From assembly GCF_009914755.1 (NCBI RefSeq), contig NC_060934.1: DNA of 64,000 nucleotides; one strand, given 5' to 3'. The translations under genes and the position numbers were made by a program. A model generated the notes under the pieces. The model made no database searches. It saw only the letters and a program-made list of their open reading frames with translations, and had not been told where the DNA came from. Shown piece after piece: positions 16,900-32,298 of the stretch. The DNA is from the human T2T-CHM13v2.0 reference genome, Homo sapiens. Positions within the stretch are counted from its first letter, which is position 1; each line of letters opens with the position of its first letter.

Positions 16900-17495
16900 T
16901 AAAAGTAATTATTGAGGAAAAGACCTAGTAGTTTCAATGAACACAAAACTTGCTATGAGACAAAATATGACACAACTGATTAAAAAATTCAATGCAATCC
17001 TAGGCCAAAGAAAGGTTAAGGAACTTCAGATCAAGGGAATCAATAATTCTATGAGGCTTTGCACATTCAGTGACACCTAGAATGTTGAAACCCAGATAGA
17101 GGGATATTGGCAAAATGATAACCAGGTGATAACGGATTTCAAAACTAAGTTATGAAAACAATTTAGAGACACTAGAGGTATAAAGCCTAGAGAAGATTTA
17201 AGAAAGGTTTGATATAGCAAAAATCTTAAGCTTTATGGCAGAGGAATTAGACTGGCTCCATGTGGCTGCAGATGGCCAGATTAGGAGGGTTGGCTATAAC
17301 TGGCAGGTAAAAAGACTTGGACTCAACACGGGAAAGAATTTATGGGAAACTAGAGATGTCCATGGGTAGAAAGCTGTGTCTCTTGAAGGAGAAGGCTGAA
17401 GAGGAGAGTGAACCTTAACAGTATTGAAAGATATGTAAAATGAAGTCATGGTTGGATTGAATGATTTCTAAGGCTCTGTGCTCTGTGATTTGATG
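16900..17495 (+). mobile_element. L3/CR1 LINE 3' portion
   Basis: gaaaagacctag...aatgcaatcctagg...cagatcaaggga (CR1 RT C-terminus) and ggttggattgaatgatttctaagg...ctgtgatt 3' end. Confidence 0.65.
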
Positions 17496-19937
17496 ACAAG
17501 AGAAGATATTGAAGCTGATGCCAGATTGGAGTAACTAGCATGGAGGAAGAATAAATTAATGAGTTTTTGATTTTAAAAAATAAATAAAAAAGAATTGAGA
17601 ACACTAACCAGGAATATATCTAATGGTGCAAAAAAGAGAAATAAATAGGGAAAGGGTGGAAAAGTCCACAAAGATAGTAGAAGAGAAACTGTATTCTGAA
17701 GAACAGGGAAAGTATAGGAAGTATAGGAAGGAAAATATATATTGTACTACTGAGGGGGTTATTTGTCTGAAAAAGTACTCAAAACAATTATTTATAATGT
17801 TCACTTTATCACTTACATGTTATAGTTTCTGACAGCAGACAAACGCCATAGAGAAGGTGATGTTTTTTCTATATTTTTATGCCACCATACTTGAAACAGC
17901 ATCCAGAAGTAAAAAGAAAGCAGAAAAAAAAAATGCTTTTTTTTGTCTCAGAAACACTGGATGACTATACATATAAACTGTCAAAGACCTAATTAAGGAC
18001 ATTAGAAAGCATATTTTTAAGCAGAACATTTCAGGTTTTCAGCATCTTTATATCTCCAAATGTGTAACAGCTGTTATGTTATAAAACCTATTCAATAACT
18101 GAAACATCACTCTTCCTCAGTAATTTTTGGTGTCACTTTAAATTGTAATGAATTCAGAAATTATTGACCAATAGTCAATTATTTTGTTATATATATGATG
18201 AACAATATGAATTTAATATCAAATAAAAATTAAAATTTGCAAGAAAAATAAACAATGTAGAATTAGATTAAAATTAGACCCCATATTGGAAATTGTAAAG
18301 CATATTTAAAAATAATGAGCATTAAAGTTGGTTCTTTCATCTTCCAGGATATGATCTGAGAGGTTGGCATTTCTTCCTTGGTCCTTGAGATAAAAGGATT
18401 CTCAACCAGAAAACTAAAGGATAAGCAAGAAAAGAGATCTTTGGGCATCTGTGACAAGATTCTTTACCCATCTTTGGAAACTTATAAAGAAAATATTAGA
18501 ACAAAGAAGAATGAGGAAGGCACAAAACAGTTCCAGAACTTCTAAGCAACCAAAAGTAACTGAAAAGTCAACTGAAAATAGTAGTAGCTATTTTTTCTCA
18601 TATTGTAAGAATCCAGTTAGCTCAGACCAAAGGAAACTCCTTTTAAATTTAGAGCCCACAGTTGAAACCTGTGAGGTCAACCAACTGAAAGTAAATACAT
18701 GATTAAATAAGAATTTCCACAGTTGGAATTGTGTGCAAAGATGAATTTGACATAGTACCTTTCAAAAGGGCCTTTAAGACAGAAAAGCAACACAAACTCT
18801 CCTTACAGGGTTGATGACAGTTAGACAGAAACTGTATGAAACTCAGCACAATGAGAAAAGTTCATTAAAGGAAAATCGAGAAAATGATTAGTGTTGACTG
18901 TGAGCCTTGAATAATGGGCAGAATTATATCCAGTGGAAATAGTAGAAAGAGATAGAAGAGGTTTTTTAAAAAATAAAGGCACACAGCTTGAAACGCCTTG
19001 TACGCAGACCAGCCTCTTCCTCAGCACCCCAGGGAGCCTCCTGATACCCCTAGCCATGCTTTTGGATCTAATATCCCTAAATGGATATTCCAGTAACATT
19101 GATTGAGCTTGATTTAACTTGTTTCCAAAGAAAACATGAGAAATTTCCTTAGGCCAGCTGACTAAACAAGAAAATGTTTCTTCTACTGAATATTTAAGGC
19201 CACAGGAAGGTAGAAGAGTACTAAGGTCTGAGTTGCCAATATGCTATTGATACATGTTTCAAGGATCAAGGCATAGAAAGAAGGGCCACAACTCTGCTGG
19301 GAATGTAGCCTGAGCAAATAATTAAATAGATCAAAATTATTCTAAGTGGGAAAATTCGGAGTGACAAAATAAAGAGGTTCACTGAAACAAAGGAAACTAT
19401 GTCACTGAAACAATGAAAAAAAAAAAAAGACAAATATATCATCCGCCTCCTTCCACACAAACGTCTCAGGCTCCAGCCAATTGTACTGAAATACACTCAT
19501 TTAGTCAAACAGGATATGCAAACCATTAGCAATCAATCAAAGAGGTTGGCTGTGACAAGTCTCTGGCCCACAAAGCCAGACTTCAAATTGGAAATTTTTG
19601 TTCCCTCAAATACAATGAGTTCCCAAAACCAGACGCCTGTGGGAGGTGACTTAGGAGTACTTTTTACAGCTTAAACCTTAGCTCTAGCCCAAAGGCTAAT
19701 ACAGATGTGGTTGTAGTTCATTCCTTATTAAAGTCTTCAAATATACTATCTTATTTAGGGAGAATAAGCTACTGATCCAGTTCCAGGAGAACATGAAATT
19801 TAAGGTGGTTTTCACCCAGAATTAACCATTATTGTACAAAGCAAATCACCTACATCACCAGGACCCTTCTGTAGATTTTACTAGGTTGTTGGGACATGAC
19901 TATCCACTGGTTATGTGAGTGGCCTGAAACCATGGCT

Positions 19938-20111
19938 AATTATTGAGTGCACACAGTATTCCAGGTGCTGTGCTAAGGACTTTATATGTACTATGTCATT
20001 TAATATTCTCCAGCCACTGATGTAATCTTGATGATATTCTATAGATGAGAAAACTGAGACTTAAGAGTGGCTAAGCAACCTGGGAATTCACATAGTTGCT
20101 AAATTGGAGCT
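19938..20111 (-). mobile_element. MIR
   Basis: tattgagtgc...ccaggtgctgtgctaag...atagatgagaaaactgagacttaagag. Confidence 0.75.
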
Positions 20112-21950
20112 TACATGGAGCTTACATCCTAGTAGGGGAATTCAGACAACTAATATGCAAGTAAATGTGAAATATGTTAGATAGTAATAAATGCTAAGGA
20201 GAAATGAAGCAGAGAAAGAGGGATGGAAGGAGGACTGTCTCTATTTTTTATAGGGTAGTCACTATTAAGATAATGCATTAGTAGGTATGACGACAAGCCT
20301 TGCAGATATCTGGGGAAATATCATTGTAGACAAAAGCAAAGGAAAATGCAGAGGCTCTGAGGGGGGAATATGGCTGATGTGTTGAGACAGAGCAAAGAAG
20401 CTCATGTAGCTGGAGCAGAGTAAGCAAGAAAGAAAGGCTAAGAGAGGAGTTTAGAGCTGAAACAAGGCCTAGATGATGCAAGACCTTGTAAATTACAGGA
20501 GAAAATTTGTGTTTTACTGTGAATAACTAGTGAGAACATTGAAGGCTCTTGAGCAAAGAAATAGTATGATCTGACTCAGGCTGTTATGTTAGTAATAGAT
20601 TACAATGAAGACACAGGAGGAACAGAGAGGAGGCTGTTGTAATCTAGGGGAGAAATGATGATGGCTGCTATGATCTGAATGCTTGTGTCCCCCTAATATT
20701 CATTTATTGAAACCAAACCTAACCCCCAATGTGATGATACTAGGAGGTGGGGCCTTTGGGAGATAACTAGGCTGTGAGAGTGGAGCCCTCATGAACAGGG
20801 GATTTGTCCCTTGTAAAAGAGGAACAAGGGAGGTTGTTTTCCCTTTCCACCACCGGAGGACTCAGAGAAGAAGACGCCATCTACCAAGCAGGGAGCAGGC
20901 CCTCCTCACCAGACACTGAATCTGAAAACACTTGAATCCTGGACTTCCCAGCCTTCAGAACTGTGAGAAATTTCTGTTGTTTATAAGCCATGCAGTTTTT
21001 GGTAATGTATTGTAGCAGCTTGAACAGACTAAAACAGTGGCATAGACTAAGGTAGGAGCAGCAGGGATGGTGACAGTGGGTCAATTCTAGATACGTTATG
21101 AAGGTAGAAAGGAAAAGGTGTGATGGTTGCTCAGAAGTCAAGTGTGATGAAAACTAGGCTGGAGGCTGACTTTAAGGTTTCTGACTGAACAATAGGAAGG
21201 ATTTATTGGCATGCAAAGTTCAGGACAGGAGGAGGTAGGAGGCAGTTGGAAATTAGGAGTTTGATTTTGGGCATGATAAATTTGTGCAGTCTCTCTAAGT
21301 TGATTAGGCAAATGGATATAAGGTTTTAGCATTTAGGTAAGCATATGAATTAAAGATATACATTTTGGAATCATATGTGCATAGATAAATAATATATAAA
21401 GTCATATGTCTGGATGAGATCACTTTTGGAGTGAATGCAAATTAAGTAAATAGATCTGAGAACTCAATTCATTGGCCTAAGATTGGCAATAATATGTTTA
21501 TCACTAGGCCCATCTCATCAGATATATGACTACCACTTCCCATAATGTACTTGAAACTTCTCTACCCACCTGGAAAACTCACAGACTAGCTCTCAACTAT
21601 GCTTTGCCTATGAGAATCCTCACCTAACATTTAAAAATGTTGAGACACATGCACACACACACACAACATCCTTCTGTTGAGAACTGTTAGAGATTATCTC
21701 ACTGATTCTGTATTTTGGCAAGGTCAGGGCAATGAGGAAGAATCACTGAAGGATACTGAAAAGGAGCAGTGAATTCAGAGAACTAAGAGAGTATGTGCCA
21801 GGAGCCAACAGGTAAAAGTGTTCAAAAATGAGAGAATGAACCATTGTATCAAATATTCCCGATGCACTGATAAGAAAAAGATAAAGAAAATCTGATTGGA
21901 ATGCGTCCAGGAGAGAATGGGAAGAGAAGAACAAAAGATAAAAGAGTCAA
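20112..21950 (-). mobile_element. L2 (L2a-like), interrupted by MLT1A0 and by ~21465-21720
   Basis: catggagcttacatcctagtaggggaa...gcaaaggaaaatgcagaggctctgagg...ggagtttgattttgggcatg. Confidence 0.75.
20666..21036 (+). mobile_element. MLT1A0-like solo LTR
   Basis: tgctatgatctgaatgcttgtgtcccc...ggtggggcctttgggag...gaacagactaaaaca; TSD atggc/gtggc. Confidence 0.9.
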
Positions 21951-22739
21951 AATGACTGCTCCAGTTTATACTCCCACTAGCAGCCTTTAAGTGATTTCTT
22001 ACGATTCATAGCAAAAGAAAAAACCCTCCCTCTAAGGCATCCCTGCATATGGTGCCACTGAAAAATGTCTACATATCCTTGACTTCTGACTTATACACAC
22101 CCATTCTGCCTAGAGCACAGCTTCAACTTGAAATAATGTCCTGTTTTCTTCCTATTCTTCAGCCATTAATTACATGCACCCAATTACTCCCTAGCAGTAA
22201 TCAAATCCCTCTAAGTCATTTATCTTACAAGAGTTACCCCCTTTGTGTATGCTGATTAATTTTATGTTTAACAATGTGAAGCTGCTTCACTCTGAGATTA
22301 TCTAGATTGAAACATTACCTACTGCATTTTTCAGTCTTGCTTAGTTAGACACAGTTATATCAATCCAATCATACTCATTTGTTGAAAATGAGGGTATATT
22401 ATTTTCTCTATTTTCACAGTGAATCACAATTCTTGATGAACATATTCCTGGCAAGGCACAATTCTAAAGCCTATTTGAATGCCTAATAGCATTTTAATCT
22501 GTTAGATGGTTGATTCTTTCAGTAGCAATGAAAACCTTTCGTAATGTCAAGAGGAATACATTGATTTTAAAAAATCGTTTTAGCCCTCATTTCCCTCAAA
22601 ACTTTATGCCTGTTGGGGATATGTTTTCCTATTCCCATAGGAATTAATAACTAGGACCAGATCTCAATTGTTTAATCATGACTTTGTTTTGCAAAAGAGG
22701 AAACTGAGGTCCGAATTTTGTGTGTATCAAGACATGTAC

Positions 22740-22955
22740 AATGGTGGGTAATTCTGTGACTCCGGAGGCAAACTGCATGCATTAGAACTCTGCCTCCATT
22801 CTCCTTAGCTGTATCACTTGGATCAAGTACTTCTCATCCATTGAATGGGCACAGAAATGATGCTTAGCTTATAGAGTTGCTGTGAAATTGAGTGAAATGA
22901 TGCAAAGCTTTTCATATGGTGATTGGAACATAATAAGCATGCAATAAATATAGTC
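22740..22955 (+). mobile_element. MIR
   Basis: tagctgtatcacttggatcaagt...tagagttgctgtgaaattgagtgaaatgatgc...caataaata. Confidence 0.6.
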
Positions 22956-22988
22956 TCTTCTTACATACTACACAGAAAAGCAGAATCT

Positions 22989-23390
<402 letters not shown>

Positions 23391-23689
23391 TCATATTAGA
23401 AGGGGAAACTAGAAATGAGAATGTGCATGAACTCTGTGCTTAATCTAGTAATAATTTCATTTTAACCAGAGAAACGTTTCTTTCATCCCAGGTCATTTAC
23501 TCATTCAGCGTCACTAGTGGGACCTTCACAAGGCAAATGCGCCAGTGAGTTGCACTCTAACAAGGTACACAGCTGCTAGGAAGGGAGCAGCCAAACCTGC
23601 CATCACTGACTGCAGTGTTCCTACTGGACATAGGCGGCATTGGGAACATACTGGCAATGTGGCAGGGTAAAGGGTTGGGTGAAGGGTGA

Positions 23690-24109
<420 letters not shown>

Positions 24110-24691
24110 TTAGCTATTTTTAATTCACAAAAGCACTTCCTTTGGGGTGGTATGCCAGCCAGATCTGCAAGACTATACTGTAAATACTTGTTTTAGCCTA
24201 GTTTTATTTCATTTATTTTTAGCTGCTTCATCTTTCACTTTTTATATGGAAAGGAGGAAGTGCCGGAACAAGGGAAATGGTTTAGAGCAGAGTTCTTGAC
24301 ATAAATATAGAATACAAAATGTCTTTTATTTCTCCAGTTATCTCTGCATGGGTCATTTCTATCTGAGAACACAGATGTTCCAGACTTAACTTTAATGGAA
24401 TCCTAAACTGAGAAAAAAAGAAACAAAGCAGAAAAGCAGAAAGCAGAAAACAGAAAGCAGAAAGCCATCCATTTCCAAAACATGTTCCCTTGAAAGGGCT
24501 GTGGAGCACTGCCTCAGCACAGATACACCTCTGAGAAATCCTACAGATGAAACTCATTTTGACATTTTCTAAGCAATTTTTAATTGACTTAATTTTTTTA
24601 GAACAGTTTCAGATTTACAAAGTGAGAAGACAATACAGAGAATCCCCAAATACTCCCAGTTTCCCCCATTATTGACATCTTATATTAGTAC

Positions 24692-25126
24692 TGGCAAACT
24701 CGCTCCTCAACCAGTCAGGCTCCTCTAAGTCCTCTTCTCAACTAGGCTTTGACCTTGAACTTAAATGTCTGTCCTTGTTTGGCCTGTATTGTCCAGTTTT
24801 AGCAGGAATCCTGTTAAGTCAGTTTAGAAAGAATCCTCCACTTTTGATGTCTGATCATTCCTAATATCTGGCCAAATTTCTTATCCCCCACCTTTAGCAA
24901 ATGATCACCCTGGTATGCTTTCATCAAGAACCTGTAAGATCAGTTTAGCGAGAATATCTCCTTACTGCTGATGTCTCCTCTTAGTAAGCCACCCTGCTCC
25001 TGGGCTACGAATCCCCACTTGTCCATGTCGTATGGCATGGAGTAAGCCAGTTTTATACTGAGGGCTCTTTCTCCTATTGCAAGGGTTAGCACTTTAACTA
25101 TTGTCCAACTCTACTTTAATATAACA
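24692..25126 (+). mobile_element. MER31-like ERV1 solo LTR
   Basis: cagtcaggctcctctaagtcctcttctcaactagg; two internal agtcagtttag-gaatc repeats; ends taaca. Confidence 0.7.
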
Positions 25127-26076
25127 GTGTGGTGTATTTATTATAATTAATGAACAAATGTTGGTACCTTATTATTAACTAAAATCATTTACAACTTTAT
25201 TCAGATTTTATTCATTTTTACCTAATGCCCCCTTCCTATTCCAGGATCCCATTCAGGATACTACATTAGACTTAGTTGTCATCCTCATTAGTTTACTCTT
25301 GGCTGTGACAATTTTCCCCACTTTGTTTTTAATTGCATTGACAGTTTTGAGAAATACTAGTCAGGTATCTTGCAGAATGTCTCCCTACCCTCCCACTCCC
25401 TCATTGAAATTGCCTGATATTTCTCTTATTATTCAAATAGGATTACCAGTTTTGGGGAGGAAGATCACAAAGTGACATTTTTATCACAGTAAATCAATGG
25501 CACATGCTATCAACATGAATAACTATTGATGTTAACTTGATCACCTGGCTGAGGTAGTGTTTGCTTTGTTTCTCCACTATAGTTACTCATGTGTTCTCCC
25601 TTTCCATACTGTACTCTTTGAGAGGAAATCACTATGTACAGTCAGCAGTTAAAGAGTGCAAATTATGCACCATCTCCTTAAAAGCAGAGAATCTATATAA
25701 TTTATTTGAAATTCTTCTGCATGGGAGATGTTTCTATTTTCCTCTAATTTATTTTATTCTATCATTTACTTATCTTAGTATGGACTCATGGATTCTTACT
25801 TGATACTTTAAGTTATAATCCAATATTTATTTATTTTCTTGCTCACAGTTTTTCATCTTTGGCCTTTGGAAACTTTCAGTTGTCATCTATATCATTTGAC
25901 ATACATCTATCAGTGTGGATTTTTGTTTTGTTTTGTTTTTGGGGAATTTCTTTACTTTGTGGCACTACTAGATACTCTGCGCTCATCTTATATAATTTCT
26001 GCCCCAGTCTTAGAATCAACCCTTTCTCTAGGGAGCTCTTTTTTTACTTGGAGAATGATATTAGAAACCAAAATCT

Positions 26077-27174
26077 GAGACATATGGAACTAAACAGAGA
26101 GCACCAAAATAAATGCACACATATGTGGTCAACTCATCTTTAACAAGGGCATCAATAATATACAGTTGTGAAAGGATAGTTTCTCCAGCAAACAGTGTTG
26201 GGAAAACTGGATATCCATATGCAGAAGGATGAAATTGGACCCTTATCTTAAACCATAAAAATACAAACTCAAAACAGACCAAAGATCTAAATAAATCCAT
26301 AATTCAAACTGTAAAATTTTGGGGAAAAAAATAGGAAAAATGCTTTATGACATTAGTCTTGGCAATGATCTCTTGGATATGATACCAAAAGCACAAACAA
26401 CAAAGGTAAAAATAAACAAATGGGATTATTTTAAACAAAAAAGCTTCTGCACAGAAGAATTAATCAACAGAATGAAAAAGCAACCTACATAATGGGAGAA
26501 AATATTTGCAAACTATATACCTAAAAAGGATTTAACAACCAAAATACATAAGGAACTCCTACAACTGAATATCAAAAAATAAAATAAAATAATTCATCAA
26601 TTAAAAAATAGGCAGAGGATAAAACCAAAAATATACTGATTAAAAAACAGGCCAAGGACTTCAATAGCCTTTTCTCTAAAGACAAACAAGTGGTCACTAA
26701 ATATACAAAAAGATGCTCAACATCACTAATCAAGAAAAGACAAATTAAGACCAGAATGAGACATCACCTCACTTCTGCTAGGATGGCTATTACAAAAAAA
26801 AAAAAAAAAAAAAGTGTTGGTGAGAATGTAAAGCAAAGGAAATCTTTTCACACTCTTCGTAGCAATGTAAAGTGGTACACTGTTATGGAAAACAGTATGA
26901 AGGTTCTTGAAAAAACTGAAAATAGAACCGCCATATGATCTAGCTTATGAGTATATATCCAAAAGAATTGAAGTTAGTATGTCAAAGAGATACCTGCATT
27001 CCCATATTTACTGCAGCATTATTCACAATAGCCAAGATATGAAAACAACCTAAATGTCCATTGACAGATGAATAAAGAATGGACAGATTAGATAGATAGA
27101 TAGATAGATACATAGATATATAGATAGATAGATACATAGATACATAGATAGATACATAGATGGATATGATAGAT

Positions 27175-27231
<57 letters not shown>

Positions 27232-27531
27232 ATGATAGATAGATAGAGCAACACTATTTAGCCTTAAAAAATAAGGGAATCCTATCATATGCGACAACAT
27301 GGATGAACCTGGAGGACATTATGCAAAGTGAAATAAGCAGTTACAGAGGGACAAATGTGCATAATTCCACTTATGGGAGGTACCTAAAATAGTCAAACTC
27401 GTAGAAACGGAAAATAGAATAGTAGTTGCCAGGGACTGGGGGCAGGGAGAAATTGAGAGTTACTGTTTAATGGGTGAAAAGATCTGGTGCACAACATTGT
27501 ACGTAGAGTTAACAATACCATATTGTGCACT
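26077..27531 (+). mobile_element. L1MA9/L1MB-like 3' portion
   Basis: ORF2 C-terminal tgttgggaaaactggatatcc...; 3'UTR aaatagtcaaactcgtagaaacggaaaatagaatagtagttgccaggg. Confidence 0.85.
27088..27247. repeat. Compound (GATA)n/(GATACATA)n tetranucleotide microsatellite
   Basis: About 160 bp, including an uninterrupted GATA run at ~27175-27230. Confidence 0.97.
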
Positions 27532-27792
27532 AGGTGTACTCATTGGTACTGGAGTGTCAGTTCTTCTAGGACCACTCAGCTGACAAAGCAAGTAAATATA
27601 TGTGTGTATTCTAATTTGCGTCTGTGCCTATCTCTATATGCAATAAGTTGCATCTACATTAACTAAACATCACTTCATACTAGATGTCTCCCACTCCAAA
27701 CTAGTAACACATGGCTCATTCTAGCTTTCTTCCCTTGCTTGTCTAAACTCCCACTCTAACAGTGAGAAAACAGACTGCCACCATTCACCATT

Positions 27793-28273
27793 TGTATTAG
27801 TTTCCTATTGCTGCTATAACAAGTTACCACAAACTTGGTGGTTTAAAACAGCAAAAACTTTTGGTCTCACAGATCTGGAGGTCAGAAGTCCAAAATCTGT
27901 TTCACTGGGCCAAAATCAAAACATCTGCCTGGACACACTCACTCAGGAGGCTCTAAGGGAGAACCTGCTCCTTGCCTTTTCCAGCTTTGGGTGGTGGCCA
28001 CTATTACTTGGCTTTTGGTTACATCACTCCAATTCTGCTTCCGTGGTCACACTGCCTTTTCTTCATCTGTATGTAATCTGTCTCTCCTTCTCTCTTATAA
28101 GTATACCCACAATTATTACGTTGGTCTTCCCTGGATAATCCAGGATAATCTCCTCATCGCAATATCCTTAACTTGATCACACCTGCAAACAGACTTTTTC
28201 CAAATAAGGTCACACTTACAGTATTAAGTATTAAGGTCTGATATCTTTGGGGGCCATTGTTCAGCCTACTGTA
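27793..28273 (-). mobile_element. MLT1C/D-like solo LTR
   Basis: tgtattagtttcctattgctgctataacaagttaccacaaacttggtggtttaaaaca; exact TSD ccatt (27788-27792 / 28274-28278). Confidence 0.88.
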
Positions 28274-28311
28274 CCATTCATTTATTTAATTATTAATTTT
28301 CACTGTACATG

Positions 28312-28907
28312 TGTCAGTGACAAACAAAGCCAGAAACTAATTAAGTTTTTAAGACAGATTTATTTAAGACAGATTTATTCAGTCATAACTACTGCAATAA
28401 GGAAGAGAGTCCAGCATGAATTGAACTCAACTTCGATTTGTGCAGAGGTGATTGGCCATTTTAAAGGGAATAACCGAGGGAATAGGGAGGGAAAAAAAGC
28501 AGGGCTCCCACAGAATCCATGGAACAGAAATTTTTTAAAAGCAGGAATGAGGGGTTGGTCAATGTGATTACGCCATGTGGGTTTGCTAACTGGCCCTTAT
28601 TAAAGTTAGGCTTCTGCCTTCTCACTGAGATTGGTCTTATCTTTAAGTACTGGATGAAACAGTAAATTGTTTTGACAGCCTTGATCTTTCCCAGACAAGA
28701 ACTAAATGGGGCCAAAGTCATTATCCTAGGGACACAAACTTGACCTATTAGAAACTATGCTAGTGTTTGTTTACATCTCTTAGTAGGGGAGAAGAAGGAG
28801 GTGGATTAAGTAATTTGAGCTGAAAGTCTGCAGATTTTATAGGCCTAGTTGAGAAGAGAGCTCTGAGGAGCTTGAGTAAAATGTGATTAAGGAGAGAGTC
28901 TTTGTCA
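28312..28907 (-). mobile_element. MER67/MER31-group ERV1 solo LTR
   Basis: Ends aaggagagagtctttgtca (reverse complement of tgacaaagactctctcctt); shares ggcctagttgagaagag with the LTR at 24692. Confidence 0.7.
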
Positions 28908-29469
28908 TGTATATAATAGCACTGGAAATGTTAACCTGTACCCTCGTGGGAAACAACTTTACTAACTAGAGCTACATTGCATATGCTTATTTTTTACTTG
29001 GTTTTACAGATTCTATCATTTCCAAAATTAGTTAGGTGTATCTTTTCCCTTTCACCACCTTCAGTAAGGTTGTTTCATATATTTGTTATAGTTAATTTCC
29101 CTTGTTACAGTCTGCATTTTCATCTAAGATTCTCAGTCTCCTAAATGATTTTTGCTTAGTTGAATACATTAAGTTTCACTCTTTGGGCTATAAGGTTCTA
29201 TTGGTTTTGAGTGATGTATACTGTGATACATTTATCATTACATTATAACACAGCACAGTTTCATCACAGTAAAAAATGCCTTGTGCTTCACCATAACTCT
29301 CCACCACTTCCCTGACCTCCTGGCAACCATCTCTAGATTCCATTACTATTTTTAGAGTTTTTTCTTTTCCAGAAACTCATATAATTAGAATAATATAGTA
29401 AATATAATATGTAGCCTTTTCAGACTCACTACTTGACTTAGATACAGGAATTTAAGTGCTTTCCATATC

Positions 29470-29825
29470 TAATGTGGTTTGGCTGTGTCTCCACCCAAAT
29501 CTCACCTTGAATTATAATAATCCATACACATCAAGGGCAGGGTCAAGTGGAGATAATTGAATCATGGAGGTGGTTTTCCTCATACTGTTCTGGTGGTAGT
29601 GAATAAGTCTTACAAGATATGATGGTTTTATAAATGGGAGTTCTCCTGCACAAGCTCTCTTGCCTGCTGCCATGTAAGATGTGACTTTGCTCCTCATTCA
29701 TCTTCAGCCATGATTGTGAGGCCTCCCCAGCCATGTGGAACTCTGAGTCAACTAAACCTCTTTCCTTTATAAGTTAACCAGTCTTGGGTATGTCTTTATT
29801 GGGAGCATGAGAACAGACTAATACA
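29470..29825 (+). mobile_element. THE1C-like solo LTR
   Basis: tggtttggctgtgtctccacccaaatctcaccttgaatt...gtggagataattgaatcatgg...catgagaacagactaataca; TSD atatc/atgcc. Confidence 0.9.
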
Positions 29826-31300
29826 ATGCCTTTTCTTAGCTTAGTAGCTGATTTATTTTTTCACTGAATAAAATTTCACTGTATGGATCTACTCCCATTT
29901 TTTAATAGAGTCATCTATTGAAGCACATCTTGGTTGCTTCCAATTTTGGTGACCATGAATAAAGCAACTATAAATATGTGTAGGTTTTTGTGCATATATA
30001 CATTTTCAAGCCAGGAATGTAAGTGCTGGATGGTGTGGTAGGTTTATGTTTAGCTTTGTAAGAAAATGCCAAAATGTCTTCCAAAGTGGCTGTGCCATTT
30101 TCTATTCTCATCAATGAAAATAAGAGTTCCTGTTCCTCTGCACCCTCCCCAGCAACTATTACTCTCGGGTTTTTTCATTTTCGTTTGTTCAGATTGTATT
30201 TTAGCCATTCTAATAGGTGGGTAGTGGTATATATGATTGTTGTTTTAATTTGAGATTTCAGTAATGAATCTTTTCACTTGCCATCTGTATATTTTCTTTA
30301 GTCAGGCGTCTGTTGGATCTTTTGGCAATTTTTTTAATTGGATAATTTGTTTTCTTATTTTTGAGTTTTAAGAGTTCTTTGTATATTTTGGATACAAATT
30401 CTTTATCAGATATGCATTTTAAAATATTTTCTTCTAATCTGTAGCCTGTGCTTTATTCTCATAACAGTGTCCTTCACAGAGAAGAAGTTCTTCATTTTAA
30501 TGAAGTTTGACTTACTAATTTTATCCTTTATGGATTACACTTCTGGTGTTGTATCTAAAAACTCATGGCCAAACCCAAGATTACCTAGATTTTTGCCTAT
30601 GTTATCTTCTAGAAGTTTTATAGTTTCTCAATTAATATTTGGGCTGGTGATCATTTTGAGTTACTTTTTGGAAAGGAGTAAGGCCCGTGTCTAGATTCTA
30701 CTTTTTGCATGTAGATGTCCAGTTGTTCCAGTACCATTTTTTAAAAGACTTTCCTTTATTGAATTGCCTTTGCTCTTTTATTGAAAACCAGTTTACTATA
30801 TTTTGTGAATCAATTTCTGGGCTTCCTACTCTGTTTATTTACCCATGCGATTCTTTTACCAATACCACACTGTCTTGATTACTATAGCTTGAATGTAAGT
30901 CTTGAAACTGGGTAGTGTGAGTCCTCAAATTTCATTTTTCTTCTTCAGTATTGTGTTGGCTATTCTAGATCATGTGACTTTCCACACAAATTTTTGAATC
31001 AGTGTGTCAATGTCTACAAAGTAGCTTGCTGAAATTTTCATTAAAATTTTATTAAATCTATATATCAAGTTGGAAATAATTGATATCTTAATGATAGAAT
31101 CTTCCAATCCATAAAAACAGAATAACTCACCATTAATTTAAATCTTTATTTCTTTCATCAGTCATAATTTTCTGCATGTTTTTTTAGATTTATAGCTAAG
31201 TATTTCTTTTTTGTTGTTGCTTTCATAAATGGTATTTTAAATTTGTAAATCCAGTTGTTTATCACTGTTATATAGGAAAGCAACTAACTTTTCCATATTG

Positions 31301-32298
<998 letters not shown>

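Noticed and set aside
18451-19099. ORFs in the unique block (83 aa +, 92 aa -), and likewise 39391-39678
   Set aside because: No recognisable domain or convincing splice-site pairs; lengths are compatible with chance.
26982-27300. YLSI-repeat ORFs
   Set aside because: Translation of the (TATC)n microsatellite.
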